This document shows, piece by piece, positions 1 through 20,800 of a DNA stretch of 64,000 nucleotides (positions are counted from its first letter, which is position 1; each line of letters starts with the position of its first letter). The stretch comes from the human T2T-CHM13v2.0 reference genome, Homo sapiens. Where the stretch lies: NCBI RefSeq assembly GCF_009914755.1, contig NC_060943.1; one strand, written 5' to 3'. A program made the translations under genes and the position numbers. The notes beneath the pieces were generated by a model that was not told the origin of the DNA, did not search any database, and was given only the letters and a program-made list of their open reading frames with translations.

Positions 1-929
1 ATAAAAACTAGATAGAATCATTCTCAGAAACTTCTTTCTGATGTGTGCATTCAACTCACAGAGATGAACCTTCCTTTTGATAGTGCAGTTTTGAAACACT
101 CTTTTTATAGAATATGCAAATGGATATTTGGAGTGCTTTGAAGCCTTCGTTGGAAACTGGAATATCTTCACATAAAAACTAGACAGAAGGATTCTCAGAA
201 ACTGCTCTGTGATGTGCGCATTCAACTCAGAGTTGAACCCTCCTTCTGGCAGAGCAGATTTGAAACACTGTTTTTGTAGAATCCGCAAGTGGATATTTGG
301 AGCACTTTGAGGCCTCTGGTAGAAAATGTAACTTCTTTAAATAAAAACTAGAAAGAAGCATTCTCAGAAACTAGTTTGTGATGTGTGCATTCAACTCACG
401 GAGTTTAAACTTTCTTTTGATAGAACAATTTTGAAACCCTCTTTTGGTATAGTCTGCAAGTGGATATTTTGACTGCTTTGAGGAAATCGTTGGAAACGGG
501 AATTTCTTCACATGAATAGCAGACTGAGGCATTCTCAGAAACTTCTTTGTGATGTGCGCATTCAACTCACAGTGTTGAACTTTCTTTTCAAAGGGAAGTT
601 TTGAAACACTCTTTTTGTAGACTCTGCTAGTGGATATTTGGACTGCTTTGAGGCCTTCATTGGAAACGGGAATATCTTCACATAAAAACTAGACAGAAGC
701 ATTCTCAGAAACTACTTTGTGATGTGAGTATTCAACTCACAGAATTTAACATTCCATTTTATAGAGCAGTTTTGAAACACTCTTTTTGTATAATCTGCAA
801 TTGATTTTTGGACTGATTTGAGGCCTATGGTAGAAAAGGAAATATCTTCATACAAAAACTAGACAGAAGCATTCTCAGAGACTTCTTTGTGATGTGTGCT
901 TACAACTCACAGAATTTAACTTTTCTTTT
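1..929 (+). repeat. Alpha satellite, divergent ~171-bp monomers
   Basis: Recurring CATTCTCAGAAAC...GCATTCAACTCACAGAG...GAGCAGTTTTGAAACACTC...AGAATCTGCAAGTGGA motifs at ~171-bp period. Confidence 0.99.
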
Positions 930-1151
930 TTTTTTTTATTTATAATTAATATACTTTAAGTTTTAGGGTACATGTGCACAATATGCAGGTTAGTTACGTA
1001 TGTATACATGTGCCATGCTGGTGTGCTGCACCCACTAACTCGTCATCTAGCATTAGGTGTATCTCCCAATGCTATCCCTCCCCCTCCCCCCACCCCACAA
1101 CAGTCCCCAGAGTGTGATGTTCCTTTTCCTGTGTCCACGTGTTCTCATTGT

Positions 1152-4968
<3,817 letters not shown>

Positions 4969-5031
4969 TATGATGTTAGCTGGTGATTTTGCTCGTTAGT
5001 TGATGCAGTTTCTTCCTAGTCTCAATGGTCT

Positions 5032-6050
5032 TTACATTTTGGTATGATTTTGCAGTGGCTGATACCGGTTGTTCCTTTCCATGTTTAGTGCTTCCTTCAG
5101 GAGCTCTTTTAGGGCAGGCCTGGTGGTGACAAAATCTCTCAGCATTTGCTTGTCTGTAAGGTATTTTATTTCTCCTTCACTTATGAAGCTTAGTTTGGCT
5201 GGATATGAAATTCTGGGTTGAAAATTCTTTTCTTTAAGAATGTTGAATATTGGCCCCCACTGTCTTCTGGCTTGTAGGGTTTCTGCCGAGAGATCCGCTG
5301 TTAGTCTGATGGGCTTCCCTTCGTGAGGGTAACCCGACCTTTCTCTCTGGCTGCCCTTAACATTTTTTCCTTCATTTCAACTTTGGTGAATCTGACAATT
5401 ATGTGTCTCGGAGTTGCTCTTCTCGAGGAGTATCTTTGGGGTATTCTCTGTATTTACTGAATCTGAATGTTGGCCTGCTTTGGTAGATTGGGGCAGTTCT
5501 CCTGGATAATATCCTGCAGAGTGTTTTCCAACTTGGTTCCATTCTCCCCATCACTTTCAGGTACACCAATCAGACGTAGATTTGGTCTTCTCACATAGTC
5601 CCATATTTCTTGGAGACTTTGCTCATTTCTTTTTATTCTTTTTTCTCTAAACTTCCCTTCTCACTTCATTTCATTCATTTCCTCTTCCATCACTGATACC
5701 TTTTGTTCCAGTTGATGGCATCAGCTCCTGAGGCTTCTGCATTCTTCACGTAGTTCTCAAGCCTTGGTTTTCAGCTGCATCAGCTCCTTTAAGCACCTCT
5801 CTGTATTGGTTATTCTAGTTATACATTCTTCTAAATTTTTTTCAAAGTTTTCAACTTCTTTGCCTTTGGTTTGAATGTCCTCTCATAGCTTGGAATAATT
5901 TGATCGTCTGAAGCCTTCTTCTTGCAACTCGTCAAAGTCATTCTCCATCCAGCTTTGTCCCATTGCTGGTGAGGAACTGCGTTCCTTTGGAGGAGGAGAG
6001 GCGCTCTGCTTTTTAGAGTTTCCAGTTTTTCTGCTCTGTTTTCTCCCCAT
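5032..6050 (-). pseudogene. L1-A ORF1 (RNA-binding protein), disrupted
   Basis: ATG GGG AGA AAA at 6050, canonical ...AAAATGTAA end at 5032. No long ORF. Extra CG at 5322-5323. Confidence 0.94.
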
Positions 6051-6958
6051 CCTTGTGGTATTATCTACTTTTGGTCTTTGACGATGGTGATGTACAGATG
6101 GGTTTTTGGTGTGGATGTGCTTTCTGTTTGTTAGTTTTCCTTCTAACAGACAGGACCCTCAGCTGCAGGTCTGTTGGAGTACCTGGCCGTGTGAGGTGTC
6201 AGTCTGCCCCTGCTAGGAAGTGCCTCCCAGTTAGGCTTCTGGGGGTCAGGGGTCAGGGACCCACTTGAGGAGGCAGTCTGCTGGTCCTCTGATCTCCAGC
6301 TCTGTGCTGGGAGAACCACTGCTCTCTTCAAAGCTTTCAGACAGGGACACTTAAGTCTGCAGAGGTTACTGCTGTCTTTTTGTTTGTCTGTGCCCTGCCC
6401 CCAGAGGTGGAGCCTACAGAGGCAGGCAGACCTCCTTGAGCTGTGGTGGGCTCCACCCTGTTCCAGCTTCCTGGCTGCTTTGTTTACCTAAGCAAGCCTG
6501 GGCAATGGTGGGCGCCCCTCCCCCAGCCTCGCTGCCGCCTTGCAGTTTGATCTAAGACTGCTGTGCTAGCAATCAGGTAGACTCCCTGGGCATAGGACCT
6601 TCTGAGCCAGGTGTGGGACACAATCTCCTGGTGTGCCGTTTTTTAAGCCCATCGGAAAAGCGCTGTATTACGGTGGGAGTGACCCAATCTTCCAGGTGCC
6701 CTCTGTCATCCCTTTCTTTGACTAGGAAAAGTAACTCCCTGAACCCCTGCGCTTCCCGAGTGAGGCAATGACACGCCCTGCTTCAGCTCCTGCATGGTGT
6801 ATGCACCCACTGACCTGCGCCCACTGTCTGGGACTCCCTAGTGAGATGAACCCGGCACCTCAGATAGAAATGCAGAAATCACTGGTCTTCTGTGTCGCTC
6901 AGGCTGGAAGCTGTAGACCGGAGCTGTTCCTATTCAGCCATCTTGGCTCCTCTCCCCC
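6051..6958 (-). promoter_or_regulatory. L1-A 5'UTR (internal sense promoter, antisense promoter, YY1 motif)
   Basis: GC-rich L1 5'UTR. rc CCAAGATGGC YY1-type motif at ~6937-6946. Activity not shown. Confidence 0.8.
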
Positions 6959-8770
6959 TTAAATTTTCTTTTGATAAAGTAGTTTTGAAACCCTCTTTTT
7001 GCAGAATCTGCAAGTGGAAAATTCTATTCCTTTGAAGTCTTCATTGGAAACTGGAATATATTCACATAAAAACTAGACAAAAGCATTCTGAGAAACATCT
7101 TTGTGGTGTGTGCATTCAACTTACAGAATGGAACCTTTCTTTTGATATAACAGTTTTGTAACACAGTTTTTGTAGAATCCGCAAGTTGACATTGGGAGAA
7201 CTTTGAGGACTATGGTGGAAAAAGAAATATCTTCACATAAAAACGAGACAGAAGCATTCTCAGAAACTACTTTGTGATGTCTGCATTCGACTCACAGAGT
7301 TGAACCATTGTTTTGATAGAGCAGTTTTGAAACACTCTTTCTGTTGAATCTGCAAGTGGATATTTGTACTGCTTTGAGGCCTTCTTTGGTAATGGGAATA
7401 TCTTCTCATAAAAACTAGACAGAAGCATTCTCAGAAACTTTTTTGTGATGTGTGCATTCAAGTCACGGAGTTGAACATTCCTTTTCATAGAGCAGTTTTG
7501 AAACACTCTTTTTGTAGAATCTGCAAGTGGTTAATTGGAGTACTTTGAAGTCTTCATTAGAAACGGCTATATCTTCACATAAAAACTAGACAGTTGCATT
7601 CTCAGAAACTTCTTTGTGATGTGTGAATTCAACTCACAGGGTTGAACCTTCCTTTTGATAGAGCAGTTTTGAAAAACTCTTATTGTAGGGTCTGCAAGTG
7701 GATATCTGGAGTATTTTGGAACCTTCGTTGGAAATGGGAATATCTTCACATAAAAACTAGAAAGAAACATTCTCAGAAACTGCTTTGTTTTGGGTGCATT
7801 CAGCTCACAGAGTTTAATCTTTCTTTTGATAGAGCAGTTTTGAAACCCTCCTTTTGTAGAATTTGCAAGTGGATATTTGGACTGCCTTGAGGCCTTCTTT
7901 GGAAACGGGAATATCTTCACAGAAAAACTAGACAGAAGCATTCTCAGAAACTTTTTTCTGATGTGTGCATTCAACTGACAGAGTTACACCTTCCTTTTGA
8001 TAGAGCAGTTTCCAAACACACTTTTTGTATGATCTGAAAGTGGATATTTGAAATGCTGTGAGGCCTTCATTGGAAACGGGAATAGCTTCACATAAAAACT
8101 AGACAGAAGGATTCTCAGAAACTACTTTGTGATGTGTGCATTCAACTCACAGAGTTGAACCCTACTTTTGTAGAGCAGATTTGAAACACTCTTTTTGTGG
8201 AATCTGAAAGTGGATATTTGGAACCTTTTGAGGCCTCTGTAGAAAAGGTAATTTCTTTAAATAAAAAACTAGAAAGAAGCACTTTCAGAAACTAGTTTGT
8301 GATGTTTGCATTCAACCCATGGAGTTTAACCTTTCTTTGGATAGAGCAGTTTTGAAACACTCTTTTTGTAGAATCTGCAAGTGGATATTTTGACTGCTTG
8401 GAGGTATTCGTTAGCAACGGAAATATCTTAACATAAAAACAAGACTGAAGCATTCTCAGAAACTTCTTTGTGATGTTTGTATTCAACTCACAGAGTTGAA
8501 CCTTTCTTTTCAAACAGAAGTTTTGAAACACTCTTTTTGTAGAATCTGCAAGTGTTTATTTGGACTGCTTTGAGGGCTTCATTGGAAACGGGAATATCTT
8601 CACATAAAAACTAGACAGAAGCATTCTGAGAAACTTCCTTGTGATGTGTACATTCAACTCACAGAGTTGAACCTTCCTTTTGATAGCGCAGTTTTGAAAC
8701 TCTCTTTTTGTAGAATCTGCAAGTGGATAATTGGAGTACTTTGAAGTTTTCATTAGAAACAGCTCTATCT
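6959..8770 (+). repeat. Alpha satellite spacer (~10.6 monomers) between head-to-head L1s
   Basis: Same monomer motifs and orientation as the flanks. Resumes in register after the L1-A TSD. Confidence 0.99.
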
Positions 8771-9662
8771 GAAGATGGCCGAATAGGAACAGCTCCAGTC
8801 TACAGCTCCCAGCGTGAGCGACACAGAAGATGGGTGATTTCTGCATTTCCATCTGAGGTACCGGGTTCATCTCACTAGGGAGTGCCAGACAGTGGGTGCA
8901 GGTCAATGGGTGCGTGCACTGTGCGCGAGCCGAAGCAGGGCGAGGCATTGCCTCACTTGGGAAATGCAAGGGGTCAGGGAGTTCCCTTTCTGAGTCAAAG
9001 AAAGGGGTGACGGACGGCACCTGGAAAATCGGGTCACTCCCACCCGAATACTGCGCTTTTCCGACAGGCTTAAAAAACGGTGCACCACGAGATTGTATCC
9101 CGCACCTGGCTCAGAGGGTCCTACACCCACGAAGTCTCGCTGATTGCTAGCACAGCAGTCTGAGTTCAAACTGCAAGGCGGCAGCGAGGCTGGGGGAGGG
9201 GCGCCCGCCATTGCCCAGGCTTGCTTAGGTAAACAAAGCAGCCAGGAAGCTGGAACAGGGTGGAGCCCACCACAGCTCAAGGAGGCCTGCCTGTCTCTGT
9301 AGGCTCCACCTCTGGGGGCAGGGCACAGGCAACAAAAAACAGCAGTAACCTCTGCAGACTTAAATGTCCCTGTCTGAGCTTTGAAGAGAGCAGTGGTTCT
9401 CCCAGCATGCAGCTGGAGATCTGAGAATAGGCAGACTGCCTCCTGAAGTGGGTCCCTGACACCTGACACCCGAGAAACCTAACTGGGAGGCACCCCCCAG
9501 CAGGGGCACACTGACACCTCATACTGCCAGGTACTCCAACAGACCTGCAGCTGAGGGTCCTGTCTGTTAGAAGGAAAACTAACAAACAGAAAGCACATCC
9601 ACACCAAAAACCCATCTGTACATCACCATCATCAAAGACCAAAAGTAGATAAAACCACAAAG
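8771..9662 (+). promoter_or_regulatory. L1-B 5'UTR (sense and antisense promoter region)
   Basis: L1 5'UTR sequence that still holds many CpGs. AAGATGGCC YY1 core at the very 5' end. Confidence 0.8.
8903..9211 (-). CDS. L1 ORF0-like antisense reading frame, open, 102 aa
   Basis: MAGAPPPASLPPCSL...SEPG...RFSRC within ORF-track entry 8903..9469; ATG at 9211. Matches the primate L1 ORF0 N-terminus as recalled. Expression unknown. Confidence 0.6.
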   Translation of the reverse strand: MAGAPPPASLPPCSLNSDCCASNQRDFVGVGPSEPGAGYNLVVHRFLSLSEKRSIRVGVTRFSRCRPSPLSLTQKGNSLTPCISQVRQCLALLRLAHSARTH

Positions 9663-10682
9663 ATGGGGAAAAAAACAGAACAGAAAAACTGGAAATTCTA
9701 AAATGCAGAGTGCCTCTCCTCCTCCAAAGGAACGCAGCTCCTCACCAGCAACGGAACAAAGCTGGATGGAGAATGATTTTGACGAGCTGAGAGAAGAAGG
9801 CTTCAGACGATCAAATTACTCTGAGCTATGGGAGGACATTCAAACCAAAGGCAAAGAAGTTGAAAACTTTGAAAAAAATTTAGAAGAATGTATAACTAGA
9901 ATAACCAATACAGAGAAGTGCTTAAAGGAGCTGATGCAGCTGAAAACCAAGGCTCCAGAACTACGTGAAGAATGCAGAAGCCTCAGGAGACGATGCGATC
10001 AACTGGAAGAAAGGGTATCAGCGATGGAAGATGAAATGAATGAAATGAAGTGAGAAGGGAAGTCTAGAGAAAAAAGAATAAAAAGAAATGAGCAAAGCCT
10101 CCAGGAAATATGGGACTATGTGAAAAGACCAAATCTACGTCTGATTGGTGTACCTGAAAGTGATGGGGAGAATGGAACCAAGTTGGAAAACACTCTGCAG
10201 GATATTATCCAGGAGAAATTCCCCAATCTAGCAAGGCAGGCCAACGTTCAGATTCAGGAAATACAGAGAACGCCACAAAGATACTCCTCGAGAAGAGCAA
10301 CTCCGAGACACATAATTGTCAGATTCACCAAAGTTGAAATGAAGGAAAAAATGTTAAGGGCAGCCAGAGAGAAAGGTCGGGTTACCCTCACGAAGGGAAG
10401 CCCATCAGACTAACAGCGGATCTCTCGGCAGAAACCCTACAAGCCAGAAGACAGTGGGGGCCAATATTCAACATTCTTAAAGAAAAGAATTTTCAACCCA
10501 GAATTTCATATCCAGCCAAACTAAGCTTCATAAGTGAAGGAGAAATAAAATACTTTACAAACAAGCAAATGCTGAGAGATTTTGTCACCACCAGGCCTGC
10601 CCTAAAAGAGCTCCTGAAGGAAGCACTAAACATGGAAAGGAACAACCGGTATCAGCCACTGCAAAATCATACCAAAATGTAA
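9663..10682 (+). pseudogene. L1-B ORF1, disrupted
   Basis: ATGGGG at 9663 followed by an extra A. TGA at 10051-10053. CG insertion at 10391-10392. Confidence 0.96.
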
Positions 10683-10745
10683 AAACCATTGAGACTAGGA
10701 AGAAACTGCATCAACTAACGAGCAAAATCACCAGCTAACATCATA

Positions 10746-14569
<3,824 letters not shown>

Positions 14570-14844
14570 ACAATGAGATCACATCGACACAGGAAGGGGA
14601 ATATCACACTCTGGGGACTGTTGTGGGGTGGGGGGAAGGGGGAGGGATAGCATCAGGAGATATACCTAATCCTAGATGACGAGTTAGTGGGTGCAGCGCA
14701 CCAGCATGGCACATGTATACATATGTAACTAACCTGCACAATGTGCACATGTACCCTAAAATTTAAAGTATAATAAAAAAATAAAAAAATTAAAAAAATT
14801 AAAATAAAAAAAAACAACCCATTTTCTGGGGAGAAAAAAAAAAA

Positions 14845-17800
14845 CTAGACGGATGCATTCTCAGAAACTACTTTTGGATGTGTGCATTCAACTCAAAGAA
14901 TTTAAAATTTCTTTTGATAGAGCAGTTTTGAAACACTCTTTTTGTAGAATCTGCAAGTGGATATTTGGAAACTTTTGAGCCCTATGGTAGAAAAGGAAAT
15001 ATCTTCATAGGAAAACTAGAAAGAAGCATTCTCGGAAACTACTTCGTGATGTGTGCATTCACCTCACAGAGTTTAACCTTTCTTTAGATACAGCAGTTTT
15101 GTAACACTCTTTTTGTAGAATATGCAAGTAGATATTTGGAGAACTTTGAGGGCTATGGTGGAAAAGGAAATACCTTCACATAAAAACTAGACATAAGCAT
15201 TCTCAGAAACTTCTTTCTGAGATTTGCATTCAACTCACAGAGTTGAACGTTTCTTTTCATAGAGCAGATTTGAAACACTCTTTTTGTAGAATCTGCAAGT
15301 GGATATTTGGACTGCTTTGAGGCCTTCCTTGTAAACGGGAATATCTTCACATACAATCTAGACAGAAGCATTCTCAGAAACTTATTTGTGATGTGTGCAT
15401 TCAACACACAGAGTTAAATCTTTCTTTTGATAGAGCAATTTTGAAACACTCTTTTTGCAGAATCCGCAATTGGATAATTGGGGTGCTTAGAGGCCTATGG
15501 TAGAAAAGGAAATATCTACATATAAAAACTAGACAGAAGCATTCTCAGAAACTACTTTGTGATGTGTGCTCACAATTCACATAATTCACCTTTCTTTTGA
15601 TAGAGCAGTTTTGAGACACTCTTTGTAGAATCTGCATTGGACATTTGGACTGCTTTGAGGCCTTCGTTGGAAATGGGAATATCTTCACTTGAAAACTAGA
15701 CAGAAGCATTCTCAGAAACTTCTTTGTGATGTGGACATTCAACTCACAGAGTTGAACATTCCTATTGATAGAGCAGTTTTGAACACACTTGTACAATCTG
15801 CAAGTGGATAATTGGAGTAATTTGAAGTCTTCGTTGGAAACGGGTATATCTTCACATAAAAACTAGACAGATGCATTCTCAGAAACTATTTTGTGATGTG
15901 TGCTCACAATTCACATAATTCACCTTTCTTTTGATAGAGCAGTTTTGAAACACTCTTTTTGTAGCATCTGCATTGGGCATTTGGACTGCTTTGAGGCCTT
16001 CGTTGGAAATGGGAATATCTTCACGTGAAAACTAGACAGAAGCATTCTCAGAAACTTCTTTGTGATGTGGACATTCAACTCACAGAGTTGAACATTCCTA
16101 TTGATAGAGCAGTTTTGAACACACTTGTTGTACAATCTGCAAGTGGATAATTGGAGTAATTTGAAGTCTTCGTTGGAAACGGGTATATCTTCACATAAAA
16201 ACTAGAAAGATGCATTCTCAGAAAGTTCTTTGTGATGTGTGCATTCAGCTCACAGAGTTGAACCTTCCTATTGATAGAGCAGTTTTGAAACACTCTTTTT
16301 GTAGAATCTGCAAGTGGACATGTCGTGCTCTTTGAGGTCTTTGGTGGAAAAGAAAGTATCTTCACATAAAAACCAGACAGAAGCATTCTCAGAAACTTCT
16401 TGTAATGTGTGCATTTAACTCACAGAGTTGAACCTTCCTTTTCATAGAGAAGTTTTGATACACTCTTTTTGTAGAATCTGCAAGTAGATATTTGGAGTGC
16501 TTTCAGGCCTTCATTGGAAACCGGAATATCTTCACATAAAAACTAGACAGAAGCATTCTCAGAAACTTCCTTGCGATGTGTGCATTCATCTCACAGATTT
16601 AGACATTCCTTTTTATTGAGCAGTTTTGAAACACTCTTTTTATAGAATCTGCAAGTGGATAATTGGACTAATTTGAAGCCTTCGTTGGAAACGGGAATAT
16701 CTTCACATAAAAACTAGACAGATGCATTATTAGAAACTTCATTGTGATGTGTGCGTTCAACTCACAGAGTTTAAACCTCCTTTTGATAGAGCTGTATTGA
16801 AACCCTCTTTTTGTAGAATCTGCAAGTGAATATTTGGAGCACTTTGAGGCCTATGGTAAAAAAGGAAATATCTTCATATAAAAGCTAGAAAGAAGCATTC
16901 TTAGAAACTAATTTGTGATGTGTGCATTCATCTCACAGAGTTTAACCTTTCTTTTGACAGAGCAGTTAGAAACACTCTTTTTGTAGAATCTGAAACTGTA
17001 CATTTGGAACACTTTGTGGGCTATGGTGGAAAAAGAAATATCTTCACATAAATTCTAGACAGAAGCATTCTCAGAAACTTCTTTCTGATGTTTGCATTCA
17101 ACTCACAGAGTTAAACTTTCTTTTGATAGAGCACTTTTGAAACACTCTTTTTGTAGAATCTGCAAGTGGACATTTGTAGAAGTTTAAGGTATATGGTGGA
17201 AAAGGAAATATCTTCACATAAAAACTAGACAGAAGCATTCTCAGAAACTTCTTTGTGATGGGTGCATTCAACTCACAGAGTTGAACATTTCTTTTGGTAG
17301 AGAAGTTTTGAAACACTCTCTTTGTGGAATCTGCAAGTGGACATATGGAGCACTTTGAGGGCTATGGTGAAAAAAGAAGTATCATCACATAAAAACAAGA
17401 CAGAGGCATTCTCAGAAACTTCTTTGTGATTTTTGCATTCAACTCACAGTGTTCAACCTTTCTTTTGATAGAGCAGTTTTGAAACACACTTTTTGAAGAA
17501 TCTGCAAGTGGATATTTGGACTGCTTTGAGGCCTTTGTTGGAAACGGGAATATCTTCACATAAAAACGAGACAGAAGCATTCTCAGAAAGTACTTTGTTA
17601 TGTGTGCATTCAACTCACAGAGTTGAACACTCGTTTTGATACAGAAGTTTTGAAACACTGTTTTTGTAGGATCTGAAAGTGCATATTTGGAGCCCTTTGA
17701 GGCCTATTGTACAAAAGGAAATATCTTGATATAAAAACTAGAAAGAAGCATTCTCAGAAACTAGTTGTGATGTGTGCATTCGACTCACAGAGTTGAATGT

Positions 17801-20800
17801 TTCTTTTGACAGAGCAGTGTTGAAACTCTCTTTTGTAGCATCTGCATGTGGACATTTGGAGCACGTGAGGGCTATCGTGGAAAAGGAAAGATCTTCACAT
17901 AAAAACTAGACAGAAGCATTCTCCGAAACTTCTTTGTGTTGTTTGCATTCAACCCACGGAGTTGAACCATCCTTTTCATTGAGCAGTTTTGAAACACTCT
18001 TTTTGTAGAATTTGCAAGTGGATATTTGGACTGCTTTGAGGCCATCGTTGGAAACGGGAATATCTTTACCTAAAAACTAGACAGAAGCATTCTCAGAAAC
18101 TTCTTTGTGATGTGTGCATTCAACTCACTGAGTTGAACTTTCCTTTTGATAGAGCAGTTTTGAAACACTCTTTTTGTAGAATCTGCAATTGGATATTTGG
18201 AGCGCTTTGAGGAATACAGTAGAAAAGGAAATATCTTCATATAAAAACTAGAAAGAAGCAGTCTCAGAAACTACTTTTTGATGTGTGCTTACAACTCACA
18301 GAGTTAAACTTTCTTTTGATAGAGCAATTTTGAAACACTCTTTTTGCAGAATCTGCAATTGGATAATTGGGGTGCTTAGAGGCCTATGGTAGAAAAGGAA
18401 ATATCTACATATAAAAACTAGACAGAAGCATTCTCAGAAACTACTTTGTGATGTGTGCATTTATCTCACAGAGTTTAACTTTTCTTTTGATAGAGCAGTT
18501 TTGAAACAATATTTTTGTAGATTCTGAAAGTGGACTTTTGGAGCACATTGAGGGCTATGGTGGAAAAGGAAATATCTTCACAGAAAAACTAGATAGAAGC
18601 ATTCTCAGAAACTTCTTTGTGATGAATGCATTCAACTCATAGAAGTGAACACTGCTTTGATAGCTCGGTTTTGAAACACTCTTTTTTAGAATCTGCAAGT
18701 GGGTATTTGCAGCCCTTTGAGGCCTATGGTAGAAAAGGAAATATCTTCATATAAAAACTAGAAAGAAGCATTCTCAGAAACTACTATGGGATGTGTGCAC
18801 TCAACTCACAGAGTTTAACGTTTCTTTTGATATAGCAGTCTTACAACACTCTTTTTGTAGAATCTTCAAGTGGATATTTGGAGCACTTTGAAGGCTAAGT
18901 TGGAAAAGGAAATAAATTCACATAAAAACTAGAATGAAGCATTCTCAGAAACGTCTTTGTGATGTTTGCATTTAACTAACAGAGTTGAACATTTCTTTTC
19001 ATGGAGCAGTTTTGAAACACTCTTTTTGTAGAATCTGCAAGTTGATTTTTGGACTGCTTTCAGGCCTCCGTTGGAAACGGGAATATCCTCAGATAAAAAC
19101 TAGACAGAAACATTCTCAGAAACTTCTTTGTGATGTGTGCATTCAACACACAGATTTGAACCTTCCTTTTGATAGAGCAGATTTGAAACCCTGTTTTTGT
19201 AGAATCTACAAGTGGATAGTTAGAGTGCTTTGAAGCCTTCAATGGAAACAGTAATATCTTCACATAAAAACTAGACAGAAGCATTCACAGAAACATTTGT
19301 GATGCGTCCATTCAACTTCGAGAGGTGAACCCCTCTTTTGATTGAGCAGTTTTGAAACACTCTTTTTGTAGAATCTGGAAGTGGATATTTGGAACCCTTT
19401 GAGGGCTATGGAGAAAAGGAAATATCTTCACATAAAAACTAGAAAGAAGCATTCTCAGAAACTGCTTTGTGATGTGTACATTCAATTCACAGAGTTTAAC
19501 CTTTCTTTTGATAGAGAAGTTTTGAAACACTCTTTTTGTAGTGTCTGCATGTGGACATTTGGAGCACTCTGAGGGCAGTGGTGGAAAAGGAAATTCCTTC
19601 ACATAAAAACTAGACAGAAGCATTCTCAGAAACTTATTGTGATGAGTGCATTCAGCTCACAGATTTGAACCTTCCTTTTAATAAAGCAGTTTTGAAACAC
19701 TTTTTGCAGAATCTGCAAGTGGATATTTTGAGGGCTTTGAGGCTTACGGTAGAAAAGGAAATATATTCATATAAAAACTAGAAAGAAGCATTCTCAGAAA
19801 CTACATTGTGAAGTGTGCATTCAACTCACAGAGGTTAACCTTTCTTTCCTTAGAGAAGTTTTGAAATACTCTTTTTGTAGAATCTGCAAGTGGATATTTG
19901 AAGCACTTTGAGGGCTATGGTGGAAAAGGAAATATCTTCACATAAAAACTAGACAGAAGCATTCTCACAAACTTCTTTTGATGTGTGCATTCAACTCACA
20001 GAGTTGAACCTTTCTTTTGTTAGAGCAGTTTTGAAAAACTCTTTTTGTACAATCTGCAGGTGGATATTTGGACTTATTTGAGGCCTTCATTGGAAATGGG
20101 AGTATCTTCACATAAAAACTTGACAGACGCATTCTCAGAAACTACTTTGTGATGTGTGCATTCAACTCACAGAGTTGAGCCTTCCTTTTGATAGAGCAGT
20201 TTTGAAACACTCTTTTTGCAGAATCTGCAAGTGGATAGTTTGAGGGCTTTGAGGCTTATGGTAGAAAAGGAAATATATTCATATAAAAACTAGAAAGAAG
20301 CATTCTCAGAAACTACTTTGTGAAGTGTGCATTCAACTCACAGAGGTTAACCTTTCTTTTCTTAGAGAAGTTTTGAAACACTCTTTTTGTAGAATCTGCA
20401 AGTGGATGTTTGAAGCACTTTGAAGGCTATGGTGGAAAAGGAAATATCTTCACATAAAAACTAGACAGAAGCATTCTCACAAACTTCTTTTGATGTGTGC
20501 ATTCAACTCACAGAGTTGAACCTTTCTTTTGTTAGAGCAGTTTTGAAAAACTCTTTTTGTAGAATCTGCAGGTGGATATTTGGACTGATTTGATGCCTTC
20601 ATTGAAAATGGGAGTATCTTCACATAAAAACTTGACAGACGCATTCTCAGAAACTACTTTGTGATGTGTGCATTCAACTCACAGAGTTGAACCTTTCTTT
20701 TGATAGAGCAGTTTTGAAACACTCTTTTTGTAGAATCCACAAGTGGATATTAGGAGTGCTTTAAGCCTTCGTTGGAAACTGGAATATCTTCACATAAAAA

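Noticed and set aside
8556-9020. Chimeric L1-antisense/alpha ORFs (8556-9020, 36087-36548) and the inversion-spanning ORFs at 45632-46529
   Set aside because: These are chance read-through across insertion junctions, with no evidence of expression or selection.
14620-14650. G-rich quadruplex-prone tract
   Set aside because: This is a standard feature of the L1 3'UTR, present in all four copies.
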